A stretch of 61,892 nucleotides of DNA, from NCBI GenBank assembly GCA_029865835.1, contig JARXAL010000061.1, positions 1-61,892 on the forward strand. The letters are read 5' to 3'. This DNA is from Verrucomicrobiaceae bacterium. GTDB lineage: Bacteria; Verrucomicrobiota; Verrucomicrobiia; Verrucomicrobiales; Verrucomicrobiaceae. Shown here piece after piece: positions 27,651 to 39,965 of the stretch. Position 1 is the first letter of the stretch. Every line of letters starts with the position of its first letter. Both the position numbers and the translations under genes were made by a program. The notes under the pieces are model-generated. The model was not told the origin of the DNA, made no database searches, and worked only from the letters and a program-made list of their open reading frames with translations.

Positions 27651-29159
27651 ATGCCCTCTCGCTTCTACGCCCTCGCCCTCGGAACGCTTCTCCTGACGCT
27701 TCCCCCTTCCCTGCGCAGCGCCGACCAGCCCAACATCATCCTCATGATGGGCGACGATCACGGCTGGGAGGAAACCGGTTACAACGGCCATCCTCATGTC
27801 AAAACCCCCGTCCTGGACGACATGGCCGCCACCGGCCTGAAGATGAATCGCTTCTATGCCGCCCACTCCAGTTGTTCACCCACCCGCGCCAGCTTCCTGA
27901 CCGGACGTCATCCCAACCGTATGGGCACCTTCGCTCCCGGTTGGTCCTTTCGCCCCGAAGAAATCACCATCGCACACCTGCTCAACCAAGCCGGATACCA
28001 CTGCGCTCACTTCGGTAAATGGCACGTCGGAGCTGTCAAAGCCGATTCTCCCACCAACCCGGGCGCCATGGGCTTCCACGAATGGCTCTCGCACGACAAC
28101 TTCTTCGAACTCAACCCTTCCCTCTCCCGCAGCGGCGGCCCACCCGAAGTCCTCAAAGGCGAAAGCTCCGCCATCCTCATCAACGAAGCCATCCAGTCCA
28201 TCGAACGCGCCCGAAAATCCGGTAACCCCTTCTTCCAAATCATCTGGTTCGGCTCACCACATGAGCCCTACAGCGGCCTGCCCGATGACCTCGCTCTCTA
28301 CGATGACCTCCCCGCCAAATACGCCGATAAAAAAGTCAAACTCACCTCCAATGAAACCGGCGGCCAGGTAACCCGTCCCCAAGGCGACGTCCTCCGCGAA
28401 CGCTACGCCGAAATCACCGCCATGGACCGCGCCATCGGCCAACTGCGCAAACACCTCGCTAACAGCGGCCTGCGCGACAACACCCTACTCTTTTATTGCG
28501 GCGACAACGGCACTTCCGGTGACGCATCACTCGCCTCACCCCACCGCGGCAAAAAGGGCGACTTTTATGAAGGCGGCACCCTCGTCCCCGGCCTCATCGA
28601 ATGGCCCGCCCGCATTCCCAAACCTCGCAGCACCGACTTCCGCGCCACCACTAGCGATCTCCTGCCAACCCTCTGCGCGCTCACCCATCAACCGCTTCCC
28701 AAACGCCCCCTGGACGGCATCGATCTAACCCCCATGCTGGACCACCAAACCAGCACACGCCCCACCGCCTTGCACTTTTGGGAATTCAATGTCGGCACTG
28801 AAAAAGGCTCAACTCGCGAGCCCTACATCGACCCGAAACTCCAGGAAGGCACCACCCCGCTCACCAAAAAATCAGGGGGCAAAGCCACACGCGACTTCAC
28901 CAACTTTCGTCACCCCGTGATCACCGACGCCGACTATCTCGGCACCCGCACCATCATCGACGGTCATCACAAACTCCTCATCCACCAAAGCAAAAAAGCC
29001 GTCTCCAACCTCGAGCTTTTCGACCTTCAAACCGACCCAGCCGAGACAACCAACATCATCGACAAACAGCCCGGTCTCGCCAAAAAACTCCAATCCAACC
29101 TCCGCCAATGGCAGGACTCTGTCTTGAAAAGCCTCACAGGCGCGGACTACCCGAACTGA
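27651..29159 (+). CDS. Sulfatase (Cys-type)
   Basis: Signal peptide, NIILMMGDDHG, CSPTRASFLTGR. Starts 6 nt after the previous sulfatase. Confidence 0.9.
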   Translation: MPSRFYALALGTLLLTLPPSLRSADQPNIILMMGDDHGWEETGYNGHPHVKTPVLDDMAATGLKMNRFYAAHSSCSPTRASFLTGRHPNRMGTFAPGWSFRPEEITIAHLLNQAGYHCAHFGKWHVGAVKADSPTNPGAMGFHEWLSHDNFFELNPSLSRSGGPPEVLKGESSAILINEAIQSIERARKSGNPFFQIIWFGSPHEPYSGLPDDLALYDDLPAKYADKKVKLTSNETGGQVTRPQGDVLRERYAEITAMDRAIGQLRKHLANSGLRDNTLLFYCGDNGTSGDASLASPHRGKKGDFYEGGTLVPGLIEWPARIPKPRSTDFRATTSDLLPTLCALTHQPLPKRPLDGIDLTPMLDHQTSTRPTALHFWEFNVGTEKGSTREPYIDPKLQEGTTPLTKKSGGKATRDFTNFRHPVITDADYLGTRTIIDGHHKLLIHQSKKAVSNLELFDLQTDPAETTNIIDKQPGLAKKLQSNLRQWQDSVLKSLTGADYPN

Positions 29160-29312
29160 CTCATACCAAACGTCATCCCACTCATTGCTCTCCAAACATC
29201 GTGTCACACCCGGGTTTCCAGCCTGATCGCCAAAACACTCCCCGGAAAACAAATCGCAAGAAAGGCCATCGCTGAGCGACTTCTGAAACCCGACTTGTCA
29301 AAACGCCCAAAC

Positions 29313-32300
29313 ATGAAGTTCCACCTCCTCCTCACCCTCTTCACCACAGCTGCGTTCGCCCAGCCGCGCGACGTTTTCGACTACACTGGCCAAAACAATC
29401 CCCCTCAGGGCACAACACGACTGGTGTTCATCGCGGCGAAGGACACGCATGGGGGCGGTGGGCAGCATGAGTTTTTCGCGGGGGCTTCGTATCTGGCGCG
29501 GCGGATCAACGAGACGTTTCCGCAGGCTTTTGCGGTAGTCTATCCGGAGAACAACTGGCCGAAGGACCTCACGAAGGCCGATGCGATCATCGTGCTGCTG
29601 AATCACGGCGGCAAGGCAGCGGACGATGCGAACATCAAAGCGGCCTGTGATCGCGGGGCGGGCTTCGCGGCGATTCATTATGGCGTGGAGGCGAAGATCG
29701 GCTCTCAGGGGAAAAACTACCTCGACTGGATGGGCGGCTTCTTTGAAACGTTTTACTCGGTGAACCCGACTTGGGACGCGAGCGTGCAGCCGGGCAAACA
29801 TCCGGTGGCGAATGGCGTGAAGGCCTTTTCCGCGAAGGATGAATGGTATTACCACATGCGCTTCGTGCCGGAGATGAAGGGCGTGACGCCGGTGCTCAGC
29901 GCTATCGCGCCGCTGAACACGGTGAAGTTCAAAGAGGGCGACAAGCCGAGTCCGCATGGTGGAAACCCAGACGCATTCGCAGATGTGAAAGCGGGCAAAC
30001 CGCAGCACCTCGCGTGGGCGTTTGATCGGCCGAAGGGTGGTCGCGGCTTTGGCTTCACGGGTTTCCACTTCTTCGCGAACATGACGAATGACAGCTTCCG
30101 CACGACGATGCTAAACGGCGTGGCGTGGGTGAGCGGTTTGGAGATTCCGGCGGGCGGCATCGCTTCGAAAACACCGACGCAGGCCGAGCTGGATGCGATG
30201 ATGACCGAGGCTCGCGGTGCGGGTGCGATGCCTGCGGGCAATGCGAAGCCGGTCTTTGAGACGCCGCTCATGACGGCGAAGAATCCAAAGCAGCGCCTCA
30301 TCGAGATCGACGTGGCGATCAAGAACGCGAAGGAGATGTACCTCGTCGCTTCGGATCAAGGTGCGATCTCCTGCGATTGGGCCTCGTGGATCGAGCCCCG
30401 TCTTATCCTGGCGGATGGCAAGAGCATCGACCTTACCACCTTGAAATGGAAGGGCGAGGAGCGTGGTTATGGCCGCACGCAGATCGGCAAAAACAATGCC
30501 GGCGGCCCGATCCAGGTGGATGGCAAGGTGTATGCGAATGGCATCGGCACGCATGCGTCATCGACCATCGCGTATGATTTGCCGGCTGGCGTGGAGCGCT
30601 TCACCGCGAAGGTGGCGATCGATGACGGCGGCATGGTCCGCGCTGGCAAGCCGAGCGATGCGGCGATGCGCTTTCACATCTACACCGCGCTGCCTTCGAA
30701 GCTCCAGCAGGGCGACTTGAATGCCGGGCCGCCACTGGTGCCTGCGGAGATGTTTAATGTGCCCGAGGGGCTGGAAGTCACCGTGTGGGCCGCCTCGCCG
30801 ATGCTCTACAATCCGACGAACATCGACTTCGATGCGCAGGGTCGGATGTATGTGGCGGAAGGCGTGAACTATCGCGGCAAAGGCAATCGCCGGGCGGAGG
30901 GAGATCGCATCGTGATCCTCGAAGACACGGACCACGATGGCAAAGCGGACAAGAGCAGCGTGTTCGTGCAGGAAAAGGGTCTCGCTGCGCCGCTTGGTGT
31001 CGCCGTGCTCGATGATAAGGTCGTCGTGTCGCAGCCGCCGGACCTGCTCGTTTACACTGATACCAATGGCGACCGCATTCCCGACAAGCGCGAGGTTTTG
31101 CTCACCGGTTTCAATGGTCGCCAGCATGATCACAGCCTGCACAGCCTCATCGCCGGACCGGACGGGCAGTGGTATTTCAATCAAGGCAACACCGGTGCCG
31201 AGTTCACCGATCGCAGCGGCAAAACTTTCCGCATGGGCAGCCCTTACATGCTGCAAAACATCGCCGGCCTGAAGAGCGATGACGGCCATGTGTGGATCGG
31301 TGGCTTCAGCGTGCGTATGAATCCCGATGGCACGAACGTGAACGTCATCGGGCACAACTACCGCAACAGCTACGAGCAGGCGCTCACGAGCTACGGCGAT
31401 CTATTCCAGAGCGACAACGACGACCCGCCTGCCTGTCGCGTGAGTCATGTGCTGGAGGGCGGCAATGCCGGATTCGCCAGCGCCGATGGCAAACGCAGTT
31501 GGGGTGCGGACAAGCGCCCAGGGCAGGACACACCGACCGCCGAGTGGCGTCAGGAAGACCCCGGCACCATGCCCGCAGGCGATGTCTATGGCGGCGGCTC
31601 GCCCACTGGCGTGGCCTTCTATGAAAATGGTGCACTCGGTGAAAAATGGCGCGGTTTGTTGCTCGCCTGTGAAGCGGGCAAGAATGTCGTCTTCGGCTAT
31701 CTGCCGAAAGCCGATGGAGCGGGCTTCAAGCTGGAGCGCATGGACTTCCTCACCTCCAACAAAGAGAAGGAATGGGCCGGCAGCGATTTCCTCGGCGGCC
31801 GACCCACGGGCGAGCTGAAGACGAAGTTCCGCCCCAGCGATGTCTGCGTCGGACCCGATGGCGCTTTGTATGTCGCCGACTGGTTTGACCCCGGTGTCGG
31901 CGGTCACGGCACGCGTGACGACGGCTACACCGGAGCCATCTACCGCATCGCGCCGAAGGGTTTCAAGAGTGTGGTGCCCAAACTCGATCTGAACACCGTC
32001 GAAGGTCAGATCGCGGCCCTGAAGAGCCCAGCGAACAACGTGCGCAACAGCGGCTTCACCCGCTTGAAAGCCGCTGGTGCCAAAGCGGTGCCTGCGGTGG
32101 CTGAGTTGCTTGCCGACAAGGATTCCTTCATCGCCGCCCGTGCCGCGTGGTTGTTGGCGCAGATGGGTGATGAAGGCATCGCGAAGGTGAAGCCATGGCT
32201 GGAGTCGAAGGATGCCACGCAGCGACTCGTCGCGTATCGGGCGCTGCGTCGTGCGAATCATGATGTGCTCGCCATGGCTGCGAAAATGGCGTCCGATACG

Positions 32301-33260
32301 GATGCAGCCGTGCGTCGCGAAGTAGCGCTCACTTTGCGCGATGTCCCTGCTGAAAAAAGCGTGCCTATTCTCGTGAAGATTGCGCAGCAGTTCGATGGCA
32401 AGGATCGCACCTATCTCGAAGCCCTCGGTCTCGGTAGCGAAGGCAAGGAACGCGAAGTTTATGCCGCGCTGAGGCCAGCCTGGGATGACGCATTTGCCCA
32501 AATCGCCTGGCGTTTGCATCCCGCTGAAGCTGTGAGCGACTTCAAAGCCCGTGCGCTCAATGAGAAGCTCACGCCCGATCAGCGCAAGCTCATGCTCACC
32601 GCCATCGCTTTCGCTCCCGGACGCGAAGCCGCCGGTACCATGCTCGAACTCGCCCACACCAAGGGCTTCCCCATGCAGGACCTCGCCAAGTGGTGGCTGA
32701 TGAATCGCAAAGGCAATGATTGGAAGGCCTACGACATCGACGGCAGCATGAAGGCCCTCGGCATTTATGATCCCGACAAAGTGAAGCTCGTCGCCTCACC
32801 CATGCCGCCGCCTCCCGCCAATGCGCCAAAGCTCGACCTCGCCGAGATCGCAACCTTGAAGGGCGATGCCAAACGCGGTGCCACCGCCATCGCCACCTGC
32901 TACACCTGCCACCGCATCGGCACCGCCGGCGTGGACTTCGGCCCCGATCTCACCACCTACGGCAAGCAACAAACCGCCGACATCCTCATCCAGGCCATCG
33001 CCCAGCCCAGCCACACGATTTCCCATGGCTACGAAGGCAGCGAGATCAAAACCAGCGACGGCCTCGTCATCACCGGCATGGTCCTCTCCGACAGCGATCC
33101 TCTCATCATCAAATGCATGGGCGGCGTCGTCCAGACCATCCCCCAGAGCCGCATCGCCACCCGCAACAAGCTGAAAACCTCCCTCATGTATGAGCCCAGC
33201 ATGCTTGGCCTCACCCCTCAAAGCATCGCGGACATCGTGGCGTATTTGAAGAGCCTTTGA
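29313..33260 (+). CDS. PVC-type membrane-bound-dehydrogenase-domain protein: ThuA-like + NPCBM-like + beta-propeller + HEAT repeats + C-terminal cytochrome c
   Basis: Signal [18 protein letters not shown] (ATG at 29313; the track start 29295 is TTG). ThuA-like block [18 protein letters not shown]...AIHYG. NPCBM-like block [22 protein letters not shown]. Propeller entry [33 protein letters not shown]. Heme motif CYTCH at 32898-32912, matching the Pirellula/Verrucomicrobium heme-binding domain type. Confidence 0.85.
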   Translation: MKFHLLLTLFTTAAFAQPRDVFDYTGQNNPPQGTTRLVFIAAKDTHGGGGQHEFFAGASYLARRINETFPQAFAVVYPENNWPKDLTKADAIIVLLNHGGKAADDANIKAACDRGAGFAAIHYGVEAKIGSQGKNYLDWMGGFFETFYSVNPTWDASVQPGKHPVANGVKAFSAKDEWYYHMRFVPEMKGVTPVLSAIAPLNTVKFKEGDKPSPHGGNPDAFADVKAGKPQHLAWAFDRPKGGRGFGFTGFHFFANMTNDSFRTTMLNGVAWVSGLEIPAGGIASKTPTQAELDAMMTEARGAGAMPAGNAKPVFETPLMTAKNPKQRLIEIDVAIKNAKEMYLVASDQGAISCDWASWIEPRLILADGKSIDLTTLKWKGEERGYGRTQIGKNNAGGPIQVDGKVYANGIGTHASSTIAYDLPAGVERFTAKVAIDDGGMVRAGKPSDAAMRFHIYTALPSKLQQGDLNAGPPLVPAEMFNVPEGLEVTVWAASPMLYNPTNIDFDAQGRMYVAEGVNYRGKGNRRAEGDRIVILEDTDHDGKADKSSVFVQEKGLAAPLGVAVLDDKVVVSQPPDLLVYTDTNGDRIPDKREVLLTGFNGRQHDHSLHSLIAGPDGQWYFNQGNTGAEFTDRSGKTFRMGSPYMLQNIAGLKSDDGHVWIGGFSVRMNPDGTNVNVIGHNYRNSYEQALTSYGDLFQSDNDDPPACRVSHVLEGGNAGFASADGKRSWGADKRPGQDTPTAEWRQEDPGTMPAGDVYGGGSPTGVAFYENGALGEKWRGLLLACEAGKNVVFGYLPKADGAGFKLERMDFLTSNKEKEWAGSDFLGGRPTGELKTKFRPSDVCVGPDGALYVADWFDPGVGGHGTRDDGYTGAIYRIAPKGFKSVVPKLDLNTVEGQIAALKSPANNVRNSGFTRLKAAGAKAVPAVAELLADKDSFIAARAAWLLAQMGDEGIAKVKPWLESKDATQRLVAYRALRRANHDVLAMAAKMASDTDAAVRREVALTLRDVPAEKSVPILVKIAQQFDGKDRTYLEALGLGSEGKEREVYAALRPAWDDAFAQIAWRLHPAEAVSDFKARALNEKLTPDQRKLMLTAIAFAPGREAAGTMLELAHTKGFPMQDLAKWWLMNRKGNDWKAYDIDGSMKALGIYDPDKVKLVASPMPPPPANAPKLDLAEIATLKGDAKRGATAIATCYTCHRIGTAGVDFGPDLTTYGKQQTADILIQAIAQPSHTISHGYEGSEIKTSDGLVITGMVLSDSDPLIIKCMGGVVQTIPQSRIATRNKLKTSLMYEPSMLGLTPQSIADIVAYLKSL

Positions 33261-33310
33261 TCGCAAGAAACACCCGTCATCCTCATTTTAGTCATTCTGA
33301 TTTTCCAACC

Positions 33311-36300
33311 ATGAAACACACCCTCCTTACTCTACTCTCCCTCGCCACCTTCGCAACGGCTGCTCCTCTTGTTTATGAAGGCACCGAAGGGCCGGGCAAA
33401 GGCAAGCACATCGTCTTCATGGCGGATGACCACGAGTATCGCTCCGAGGAGTCGCTGCCTCAGTTGGCTCGTATCTTGGCGAAGCATCATGGTTTTAAAT
33501 GCACGGTACTGTTTGGCATCGATCCCGAATCCGGCGAGATCGTCGGTGGTGACAAGTCGAACATGCCAGGCATCGAAGCGCTGGACAGCGCGGATCTCGC
33601 GGTGGTGTTTCTGCGCTTCCAGAACTTCCCGCCGGAGCAAATGAAACATTTTGATGCCTATCTGAATCGCGGCGGTCCCGTGATCGGCATGCGCACGGCG
33701 ACACATGGCTTTAAAATGCCAAAGGATGCTCCCTTCGCGAAATACTCGTATGATTACAAAGGCAGCGATTACGAGCTCGGTTTCGGACATCAAGTGCTCG
33801 GCCAGACTTGGGTTGGTCATTATGGCAAAAATCACTCACAGAGCACACGCATCGCCATCGTGGATGCGATGAAACAACACCCGATCCTGCGCGGAGTGAA
33901 GGACATTTGGGTGCAGGCAGGTGGTTACGTCGGCAAACCGACCGATGGTGAGATTCTGACAATGGCTCAGCCTCTTGATGGCATGACACAGGATTCCCCT
34001 GCATCCAAGACACAGCCTCCGCAGCCGAGCGAGTGGACCCGCTCCTATAAAAGCGCTTCGGGCAAAGCAGGCCGCGTTTTCACGTCTCTGTATGGCACCT
34101 CCGAAGACATCACAAATGAAGGCTATCGCCGCATGATGGTGAACGCAGTGTTCTGGGCTGTGGGTCTGGAAGACGCGATCAAAGCGGATCTAAACGTCGC
34201 CTTCGTAGGTGCAGGCAAGCCAAACACCTTCGGTGGTGGCACCTATGCTCGCGGCATCAAACCAGAGATGTATGCCGGCTTTGAAAGCCCGATACCCGCA
34301 AACAACAACACGAAGAAGCCTGAGAAGCCGAAGAAGGAAGAAAAACTAGCCGCGAAAGCCGATGCTTCTGCCAAGCCCACCATCGCCACCGGCAAACCTG
34401 CACGCTTTGTCCGCATCGAAATCCCCGGTGACAAAAAATGCCTTCAAATCGCCGAGATTGAAATCCTCAGCGCTGGCAAAAACATCGCCAATGGCGGCAA
34501 AGCCACGCAATCGACCACCGGTCACGGCGGCGACGCGAATCGTGCGATGGATGGCGACAAGAACCCAAACTACGGCAAGGGCATGACGCACACCATCGAG
34601 AACAAGCCAAATCCGTGGTGGGAGATCGATCTCGGTTCCGCACAGCAACTGGATGCGATCAGCCTGTGGAGCCGTCGGGGCTTCCCGGATCGTCTCGGCG
34701 ATTTCACGCTGCAACTGCTCGATGAAGGGCGCAAAGCCGTGTTCGAACTGAAGAATGTGGCCGCTGGCGATTCGCTCACGATTGATGTCAAAGGAGGCGG
34801 AAAGCTCGCTTATCTCGACTTTGATGGAAAACCGGGCAAACCAGCGGTGAAGGGTAGCGGCGGTGGTGCCGGCAAACCTGCGGCCCCGGAGCCTGCGCTC
34901 GTCGAAGTGCCTGCAGACTACAAGGACACACTGCCCTTCGCTTTTAGCAAAGGCGACACCGTAGCGATCCTCGGCAACGGCCTGCCGGACCGCATGCAGC
35001 ATGATGGCTGGATGGAGACCGTCCTGCAAAGCGCCCTGCCAGAGCAGAACGTACGCTTCCGCAACATGAGCGCCAGCGGTGACCGCCCAAACGCCTTCCC
35101 GCGCAGCAACGGCCACATGCACATGACGGATTACCTCCGCCAAGTGAAGCCGAATGTCGTGTTCGCCTTCTTCGGCTACAACGAGTCCTTCGAGAACAAG
35201 CCGGACGACTTCAAAAAGCAGCTCGTTGATTTCGTGAAGTATGTGCGCGGCACAAAGCCCAATGGAAAAACCTTCCCGCGCATCGTGCTCTTCAGCCCCA
35301 TCGCGCATGAGGACACGAAAAACCCGAACGTGCCGGACGGCGCGGAGCACAATCCGCAGCTCGAAGCCTACACGAAGGCCACCGAAGCCGCCGCAAAGGA
35401 AGCGGGCGTGGGTTTTGTCGATCTCTTCCATCCCTCGCTCGACCTTTTCAAAGCTGCCCACGAACCGCTCACCCTCAACGGCGTGCATCTCACCGCCGAA
35501 GGCAATCGCCAACTGGCTGAAGTCATCGCGAAGGCCCTGCTCGGCAAACAAATGACTGCCTCCGCCTCCCTCGAAGAACTACGCGAGGCCGTGCTGGACA
35601 AGGACCTGCACTGGAACGCCCGCTACCGTGCCCGCGATGGCAATGACGTCTGGGGCGGCCGCTCGACGCTCTCTTTCACCGATGGTCAAACCAACGCCGT
35701 GGTGCTCCAGCACGAGCTGACCATGCTCGATGTAATGACCGGCAATCGCGACCCCAAAATCTGGGCGCGCGCCAAAGGCGACGACCTCAAAGTCGATGAC
35801 AGCAACGTGCCGCCGCCCGTGCCGGTGATTTCCAATGTCGGTGGCAAGTCGAAGTCCTCCAACGCTCAAAAAGAAGGCCGCACGGAATACATCAGCGGCC
35901 AGGAAGCCATCAAGCACATGGCCTTTGATCCGCGCTTTGAAGTGAGTCTGTTTGCCGATGAAGCGCAGTTCCCGCAGCTCGTGAATCCCGTGCAGATGCA
36001 AGTGGATACCAAAGGCCGCCTCTGGGCCGCCGTGTGGCACACCTACCCGATGTGGGAGCCTCTCAAGGAGATGAAGGACGCCCTCGTCATCTGCCACGAC
36101 GACAACAAAGACGGCGAAGCGGATCGCATCACCGAGTTTGCCCGTGTGCAGAATCCGCTCGGCTTTGAGTTCTGGAATGGCGGTGTCATCGTCACCTGCG
36201 CCCCGGACATAATCTTCCTCAAAGACACCGATGGCGACGACGTGGCCGACGTGCGCACCATCATGCTGCAAGGCGTCGATTTCGCCGACACCCATCACGG

Positions 36301-37774
36301 CGCGAACAATCTCGTCATGGGCCCCGATGGCGGCATCTACTGGCAGAGCGGCGTCTTCATGGTGCACAATCACGAGCATCCGTGGGGTCCGTCGCTGCAG
36401 ACCGGCACCAGCGCCATGTATCGCTTTGATCCGCGCCGCTTCACCATCGCGAAGCACGCCGACAACTCGCCGAACCCACACGGCATCGCCTTCGACACCT
36501 GGGGCTATCTCTATGCCACCGACGGCACTGGCGGTCGTGCGTATCAGGTCCGCCCTGAGGGCAACGGCTTCAAAATGCACGAGCTACTCAAGAAGGAAGT
36601 GCGCCCCGTCACCGCCAGCGAAGTCGTCAGCAGCACCCACTTCCCCGAAGACATGCAGGGCGACTTCCTCATCTGCAACGTCATCGGCTTCCTCGGCATC
36701 AAGCACTACGACCTCGCCCGCAATGCCGAGGACGGATCGGTCTGGGGCGAGCCTGCTGGCGCAGACCTCACCGTCAAAGTTACTCAAGCCGATGGCAGCG
36801 TCACCGAAGACAAATCCCGCGGCCTTCTCATGAGCGGCGACAAGAATTTCCGCCCCAGCGATGCCGTCTTCGGCGAAGACGGTGCCCTCTACATTGCCGA
36901 CTGGCACAACGTCATCATCGGCCACATGCAGCACAACGTCCGCGACCCCAACCGCGACAACAAACATGGCCGTATCTACCGCATGACCGCCAAAGGCCGC
37001 GAGTTGCAGAAACCCGTCGCCATCGACGGTCAGCCCATCCCCGCGCTGCTAGAGAACCTCAAGCATCCCGCCGATGGCGTGCGCCATCGCACCCGCGTCG
37101 AACTCAGCGAGCGCCCCACCACCGAGGTCATCGCCGCCACGAAGGAATGGATCAAGCAATTCGACGCCACCAAGAAAGAAGACGCTCATCACCTTCTCGA
37201 AGCCCTCTGGCTCCACCAGCAGCACAACGTCCGCGACACCGCGTTGCTCGCCAAACTGCAAACCAGCCCCGAACTGCACGCCCGCAACGCCGCCAACGTC
37301 GTGCAGCAGCTTTGGTTCAACGTCGAAGCCAGCACCAGAGGCGGTGTCATTGCCGGAGAAGCCGAGGAGAAGGTCCAAAAATCCGGCATCCTCAGCGACA
37401 CCGCCGATCTGACCACCATCCGTATCGCCACCATCCGCGAGCGCCTCATGTATGATGTGAAGGAGCTCAACGTGAAGGCCGGCAAGAAGATCAAGCTCAC
37501 CTTCGCCAACACCGACGTGATGCCGCACAACCTCCTCGTCACCAAGCCCGGCAAAGCCGACGCCATCATGAACGCCGCCATCGTCATGGGCGCCGCCGGC
37601 TTCGAAAAAGGCTTCATCCCCGCGGGTGAAGACGTCCTGCATCACACCCAACTCCTCGACGGAGGCAAAGAAGAAGTCCTCGAATTCACTCTCCCCACCG
37701 CCGGAGACTACCCCTTCGTCTGCTCCTTCCCCGGCCACGGCATCATCATGCGCGGCGTGCTGAAGGCGAAGTAA
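33311..37774 (+). CDS. PVC-type membrane-bound-dehydrogenase-domain protein: ThuA-like + F5/8 type C (discoidin) + degenerate SGNH + beta-propeller + HEAT repeats + C-terminal cupredoxin
   Basis: Signal [19 protein letters not shown] (ATG at 33311). Discoidin-like block [22 protein letters not shown]...[11 protein letters not shown]-like segment with GNG in place of GDS. Propeller entry [32 protein letters not shown]. Type-1 copper ligand pattern MPHN...[14 protein letters not shown] at the C-terminus. Confidence 0.85.
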   Translation: MKHTLLTLLSLATFATAAPLVYEGTEGPGKGKHIVFMADDHEYRSEESLPQLARILAKHHGFKCTVLFGIDPESGEIVGGDKSNMPGIEALDSADLAVVFLRFQNFPPEQMKHFDAYLNRGGPVIGMRTATHGFKMPKDAPFAKYSYDYKGSDYELGFGHQVLGQTWVGHYGKNHSQSTRIAIVDAMKQHPILRGVKDIWVQAGGYVGKPTDGEILTMAQPLDGMTQDSPASKTQPPQPSEWTRSYKSASGKAGRVFTSLYGTSEDITNEGYRRMMVNAVFWAVGLEDAIKADLNVAFVGAGKPNTFGGGTYARGIKPEMYAGFESPIPANNNTKKPEKPKKEEKLAAKADASAKPTIATGKPARFVRIEIPGDKKCLQIAEIEILSAGKNIANGGKATQSTTGHGGDANRAMDGDKNPNYGKGMTHTIENKPNPWWEIDLGSAQQLDAISLWSRRGFPDRLGDFTLQLLDEGRKAVFELKNVAAGDSLTIDVKGGGKLAYLDFDGKPGKPAVKGSGGGAGKPAAPEPALVEVPADYKDTLPFAFSKGDTVAILGNGLPDRMQHDGWMETVLQSALPEQNVRFRNMSASGDRPNAFPRSNGHMHMTDYLRQVKPNVVFAFFGYNESFENKPDDFKKQLVDFVKYVRGTKPNGKTFPRIVLFSPIAHEDTKNPNVPDGAEHNPQLEAYTKATEAAAKEAGVGFVDLFHPSLDLFKAAHEPLTLNGVHLTAEGNRQLAEVIAKALLGKQMTASASLEELREAVLDKDLHWNARYRARDGNDVWGGRSTLSFTDGQTNAVVLQHELTMLDVMTGNRDPKIWARAKGDDLKVDDSNVPPPVPVISNVGGKSKSSNAQKEGRTEYISGQEAIKHMAFDPRFEVSLFADEAQFPQLVNPVQMQVDTKGRLWAAVWHTYPMWEPLKEMKDALVICHDDNKDGEADRITEFARVQNPLGFEFWNGGVIVTCAPDIIFLKDTDGDDVADVRTIMLQGVDFADTHHGANNLVMGPDGGIYWQSGVFMVHNHEHPWGPSLQTGTSAMYRFDPRRFTIAKHADNSPNPHGIAFDTWGYLYATDGTGGRAYQVRPEGNGFKMHELLKKEVRPVTASEVVSSTHFPEDMQGDFLICNVIGFLGIKHYDLARNAEDGSVWGEPAGADLTVKVTQADGSVTEDKSRGLLMSGDKNFRPSDAVFGEDGALYIADWHNVIIGHMQHNVRDPNRDNKHGRIYRMTAKGRELQKPVAIDGQPIPALLENLKHPADGVRHRTRVELSERPTTEVIAATKEWIKQFDATKKEDAHHLLEALWLHQQHNVRDTALLAKLQTSPELHARNAANVVQQLWFNVEASTRGGVIAGEAEEKVQKSGILSDTADLTTIRIATIRERLMYDVKELNVKAGKKIKLTFANTDVMPHNLLVTKPGKADAIMNAAIVMGAAGFEKGFIPAGEDVLHHTQLLDGGKEEVLEFTLPTAGDYPFVCSFPGHGIIMRGVLKAK

Positions 37775-37843
37775 CCAACCTGAAGGGCATACCCTCCTTG
37801 TTAAGCGTAAGCTTTACTGTCTTAGCGCGTTCCATAGGTGCCC

Positions 37844-39220
37844 ATGAAACTGCTTCTGCCGCTGATCCTGCTCGGCCTGTCGCTCAATGCCGCGCCACCC
37901 AATGTCGTGCTCGTCGTCAGCGACGACCTGGGCTACCCCGATCTCGGCTGCATCGGCAGCAAACCCATTCAAACCCCTAACCTCGACCGCCTCGCCGCCG
38001 AAGGAACACGCGCCACGAACTTCTACGTCACCTGGCCCGCCTGCACCCCCTCACGCGGCAGCATCCTCACAGGCCGCTACCCCCAGCGGAACGGACTCTA
38101 CGACATGGTCCGCAATGACATGGTCAACTACGGCCACCGCTTCTCCGCCGAGGAATACGCGGTATCGCCCGAAATGACCTTGGGCCTCGACCCCAAAGAA
38201 ATCAACCTCGGCGACATGCTCCGCACCGCTGGCTACATCAATGGCGTCGTAGGCAAATGGGACATGGGGCAAGCCAAACGTTACCTGCCCCTGCAACGCG
38301 GCTTCGATTTCTTCTACGGTCACGGCAACAACGGCATCGACTACTACACCCACGAACGCTACGGCATTCCCTCTCTCTTCCGAGGCAACGCCCGCACCAC
38401 TGAGCACAAGGGCCAGTACATCACGGATGTGTTCGGTCGCGAGGCCCTCAACTTCTTGCGCGAGCACCTCGGTAAAAAACCCGTATTCCTCTACCTCCCC
38501 TTCAACGCCCCCCACAGCGCCTCGACCCTAGCCGAAGACAATGGAGGCGAAAAACCGGGCGTCCAAGTCCCTGAAGCCTACACCAAAAAATACAGGGGTC
38601 TCGTAAAAGACGAGAAACTGGCGCACTACTATGGAGCCGTCACCCGGATGGACGAAGTCATCGGCGATGTCATGATTGCGCTCGATCAAGTCGGTCAAAC
38701 CGACAACACCGTCGTCCTGTTCATGTCCGACAACGGCGGCAGCGGCAACGGTGGCAATGCACCGCTCAAAGGCGGCAAAAGCACCATGTGGGAGGGCGGT
38801 CTTCGAGTGCCCTTCGTCATCCGTTGGCCTGGAAAAGTCCCAGCCGGAAAAGTCACGGGCGAGTTCCTCACATCCCTCGAGATCGTGCCTACCCTGCTTT
38901 CAGCTGCGGGTGCTCAAGCCCCAACTGGCATCGCCCTTGACGGCTTCGATATGCTTCCCGTTTTGCGAGGTGAAAAGCCCTCACCCCGCACCGAAATGTT
39001 TTGGCAACGCCGCGCTGACAAAGCTGCTAGGGTCGGCAATTGGAAATGGATTGACTCCCAAAAAGGCAAGGGTCTCTATGATCTCGCAAACGACATCGGC
39101 GAATCCAAAGATCTCTCAAAGGAGCACCCAGATATCGTCGAACGCCTTCAAAGTCGATTTGCTGCTTGGAGGAAAGAAATGGATCAAACCGATCCCCGTG
39201 GTCCGTTTCGTGACTATTGA
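37844..39220 (+). CDS. Sulfatase (Cys-type)
   Basis: Signal MKLLLPLILLGLSLNA (ATG at 37844; the track GTG is at 37838). NVVLVVSDDLG and CTPSRGSILTGR. Confidence 0.9.
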   Translation: MKLLLPLILLGLSLNAAPPNVVLVVSDDLGYPDLGCIGSKPIQTPNLDRLAAEGTRATNFYVTWPACTPSRGSILTGRYPQRNGLYDMVRNDMVNYGHRFSAEEYAVSPEMTLGLDPKEINLGDMLRTAGYINGVVGKWDMGQAKRYLPLQRGFDFFYGHGNNGIDYYTHERYGIPSLFRGNARTTEHKGQYITDVFGREALNFLREHLGKKPVFLYLPFNAPHSASTLAEDNGGEKPGVQVPEAYTKKYRGLVKDEKLAHYYGAVTRMDEVIGDVMIALDQVGQTDNTVVLFMSDNGGSGNGGNAPLKGGKSTMWEGGLRVPFVIRWPGKVPAGKVTGEFLTSLEIVPTLLSAAGAQAPTGIALDGFDMLPVLRGEKPSPRTEMFWQRRADKAARVGNWKWIDSQKGKGLYDLANDIGESKDLSKEHPDIVERLQSRFAAWRKEMDQTDPRGPFRDY

Positions 39221-39260
39221 CAGTCCGCCTCCTTCTCAATCCCAATCTTCATTCCATCAT

Positions 39261-39965
39261 ATGAAACCTCATCTCGTGGTCGCTCTAATCCTGAATTCAA
39301 TCTCGCTTCATGCCGAAGAACCCGTTCGCGCATTCATGGATGACACCCAGCCAGGCTTCCGCGCTCTTACCGCCGTCGATTTCGCTAAGGTCAACAGCGC
39401 AGACGACACCTGGAGTTGGAAGGACGGCGTACTGCAATGTACTGGCCAGCCCGTTAGCGTCATGCGCACGGTGAAGGAATACAAAAACTTCGAATTGATC
39501 GTCGAATGGAGTCATCAAAAGCCTGCAGGCAACTCAGGCGTCTTTCTTTGGGCGACCCCTTCCTCCATCGAAAAACTCACCACTGCGGGCAAACCAGGCC
39601 TCCCCGATGGCATTGAAGTTCAAATCCTCGACCATGCCTTCACCGAGAAAATGGCTGCGGCAGGTAAAAAGACAGACTGGTTCGGCACCAACGGAGATGT
39701 CTTCCCGGTTCGTGTCAAAATGACCCCATTCCCTCCTCTATCCCCGGATGGCACCCGAAGCTTCCCTCGCAAGCACCTCGCCAAAGGCCACGGCGAATGG
39801 AATCACTACTACATTCGCGCCATCAACGGTGAAGTCCGCCTTTGGGTCAATGGCGAAGAGGTTTCTGGCGGAACGGCTTGCGATCCATCCCAAGGATTCC
39901 TCTGTCTCGAAAGCGAAGGCTCGCCCATTCACTTCCGCAAGATCCGCATCCGCGAACTCCCATGA
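39261..39965 (+). CDS. DUF1080 (3-keto-disaccharide hydrolase family, PF06439) secreted protein
   Basis: Signal MKPHLVVALILNSISLHA. Family hallmarks YKNFELIVEWSHQKPAGNSGVFLW, GIEVQILD, EWNHYYIRAINGEVRLWVNGEEV, and a C-terminal FRKIRIREL. The long upstream part of track ORF 38676..39965 overlaps the sulfatase and is rejected. Confidence 0.8.
   Translation: MKPHLVVALILNSISLHAEEPVRAFMDDTQPGFRALTAVDFAKVNSADDTWSWKDGVLQCTGQPVSVMRTVKEYKNFELIVEWSHQKPAGNSGVFLWATPSSIEKLTTAGKPGLPDGIEVQILDHAFTEKMAAAGKKTDWFGTNGDVFPVRVKMTPFPPLSPDGTRSFPRKHLAKGHGEWNHYYIRAINGEVRLWVNGEEVSGGTACDPSQGFLCLESEGSPIHFRKIRIRELP

Noticed and set aside
29298-37738. Many 200-420-aa antisense or alternative-frame ORFs inside the two giant genes, for example 31401..32657, 34346..35551, 35579..36580 and 37049..37738.
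   Set aside because: All lie within continuous, motif-rich plus-strand frames of 1321 and 1505 codons. Their translations are Arg/Gly/Ala-rich with no signatures.
38676-39260. N-terminal extensions of track ORFs: 38676..39965, 39842..41332, 59078..60682, 53515..54018, 55185..55712, 55336..56469, 12537..13583 and 33257..37774.
   Set aside because: The extended parts overlap the preceding gene or are non-protein-like. An internal ATG followed by a signal peptide, prepilin leader or Tat motif gives a much better start.
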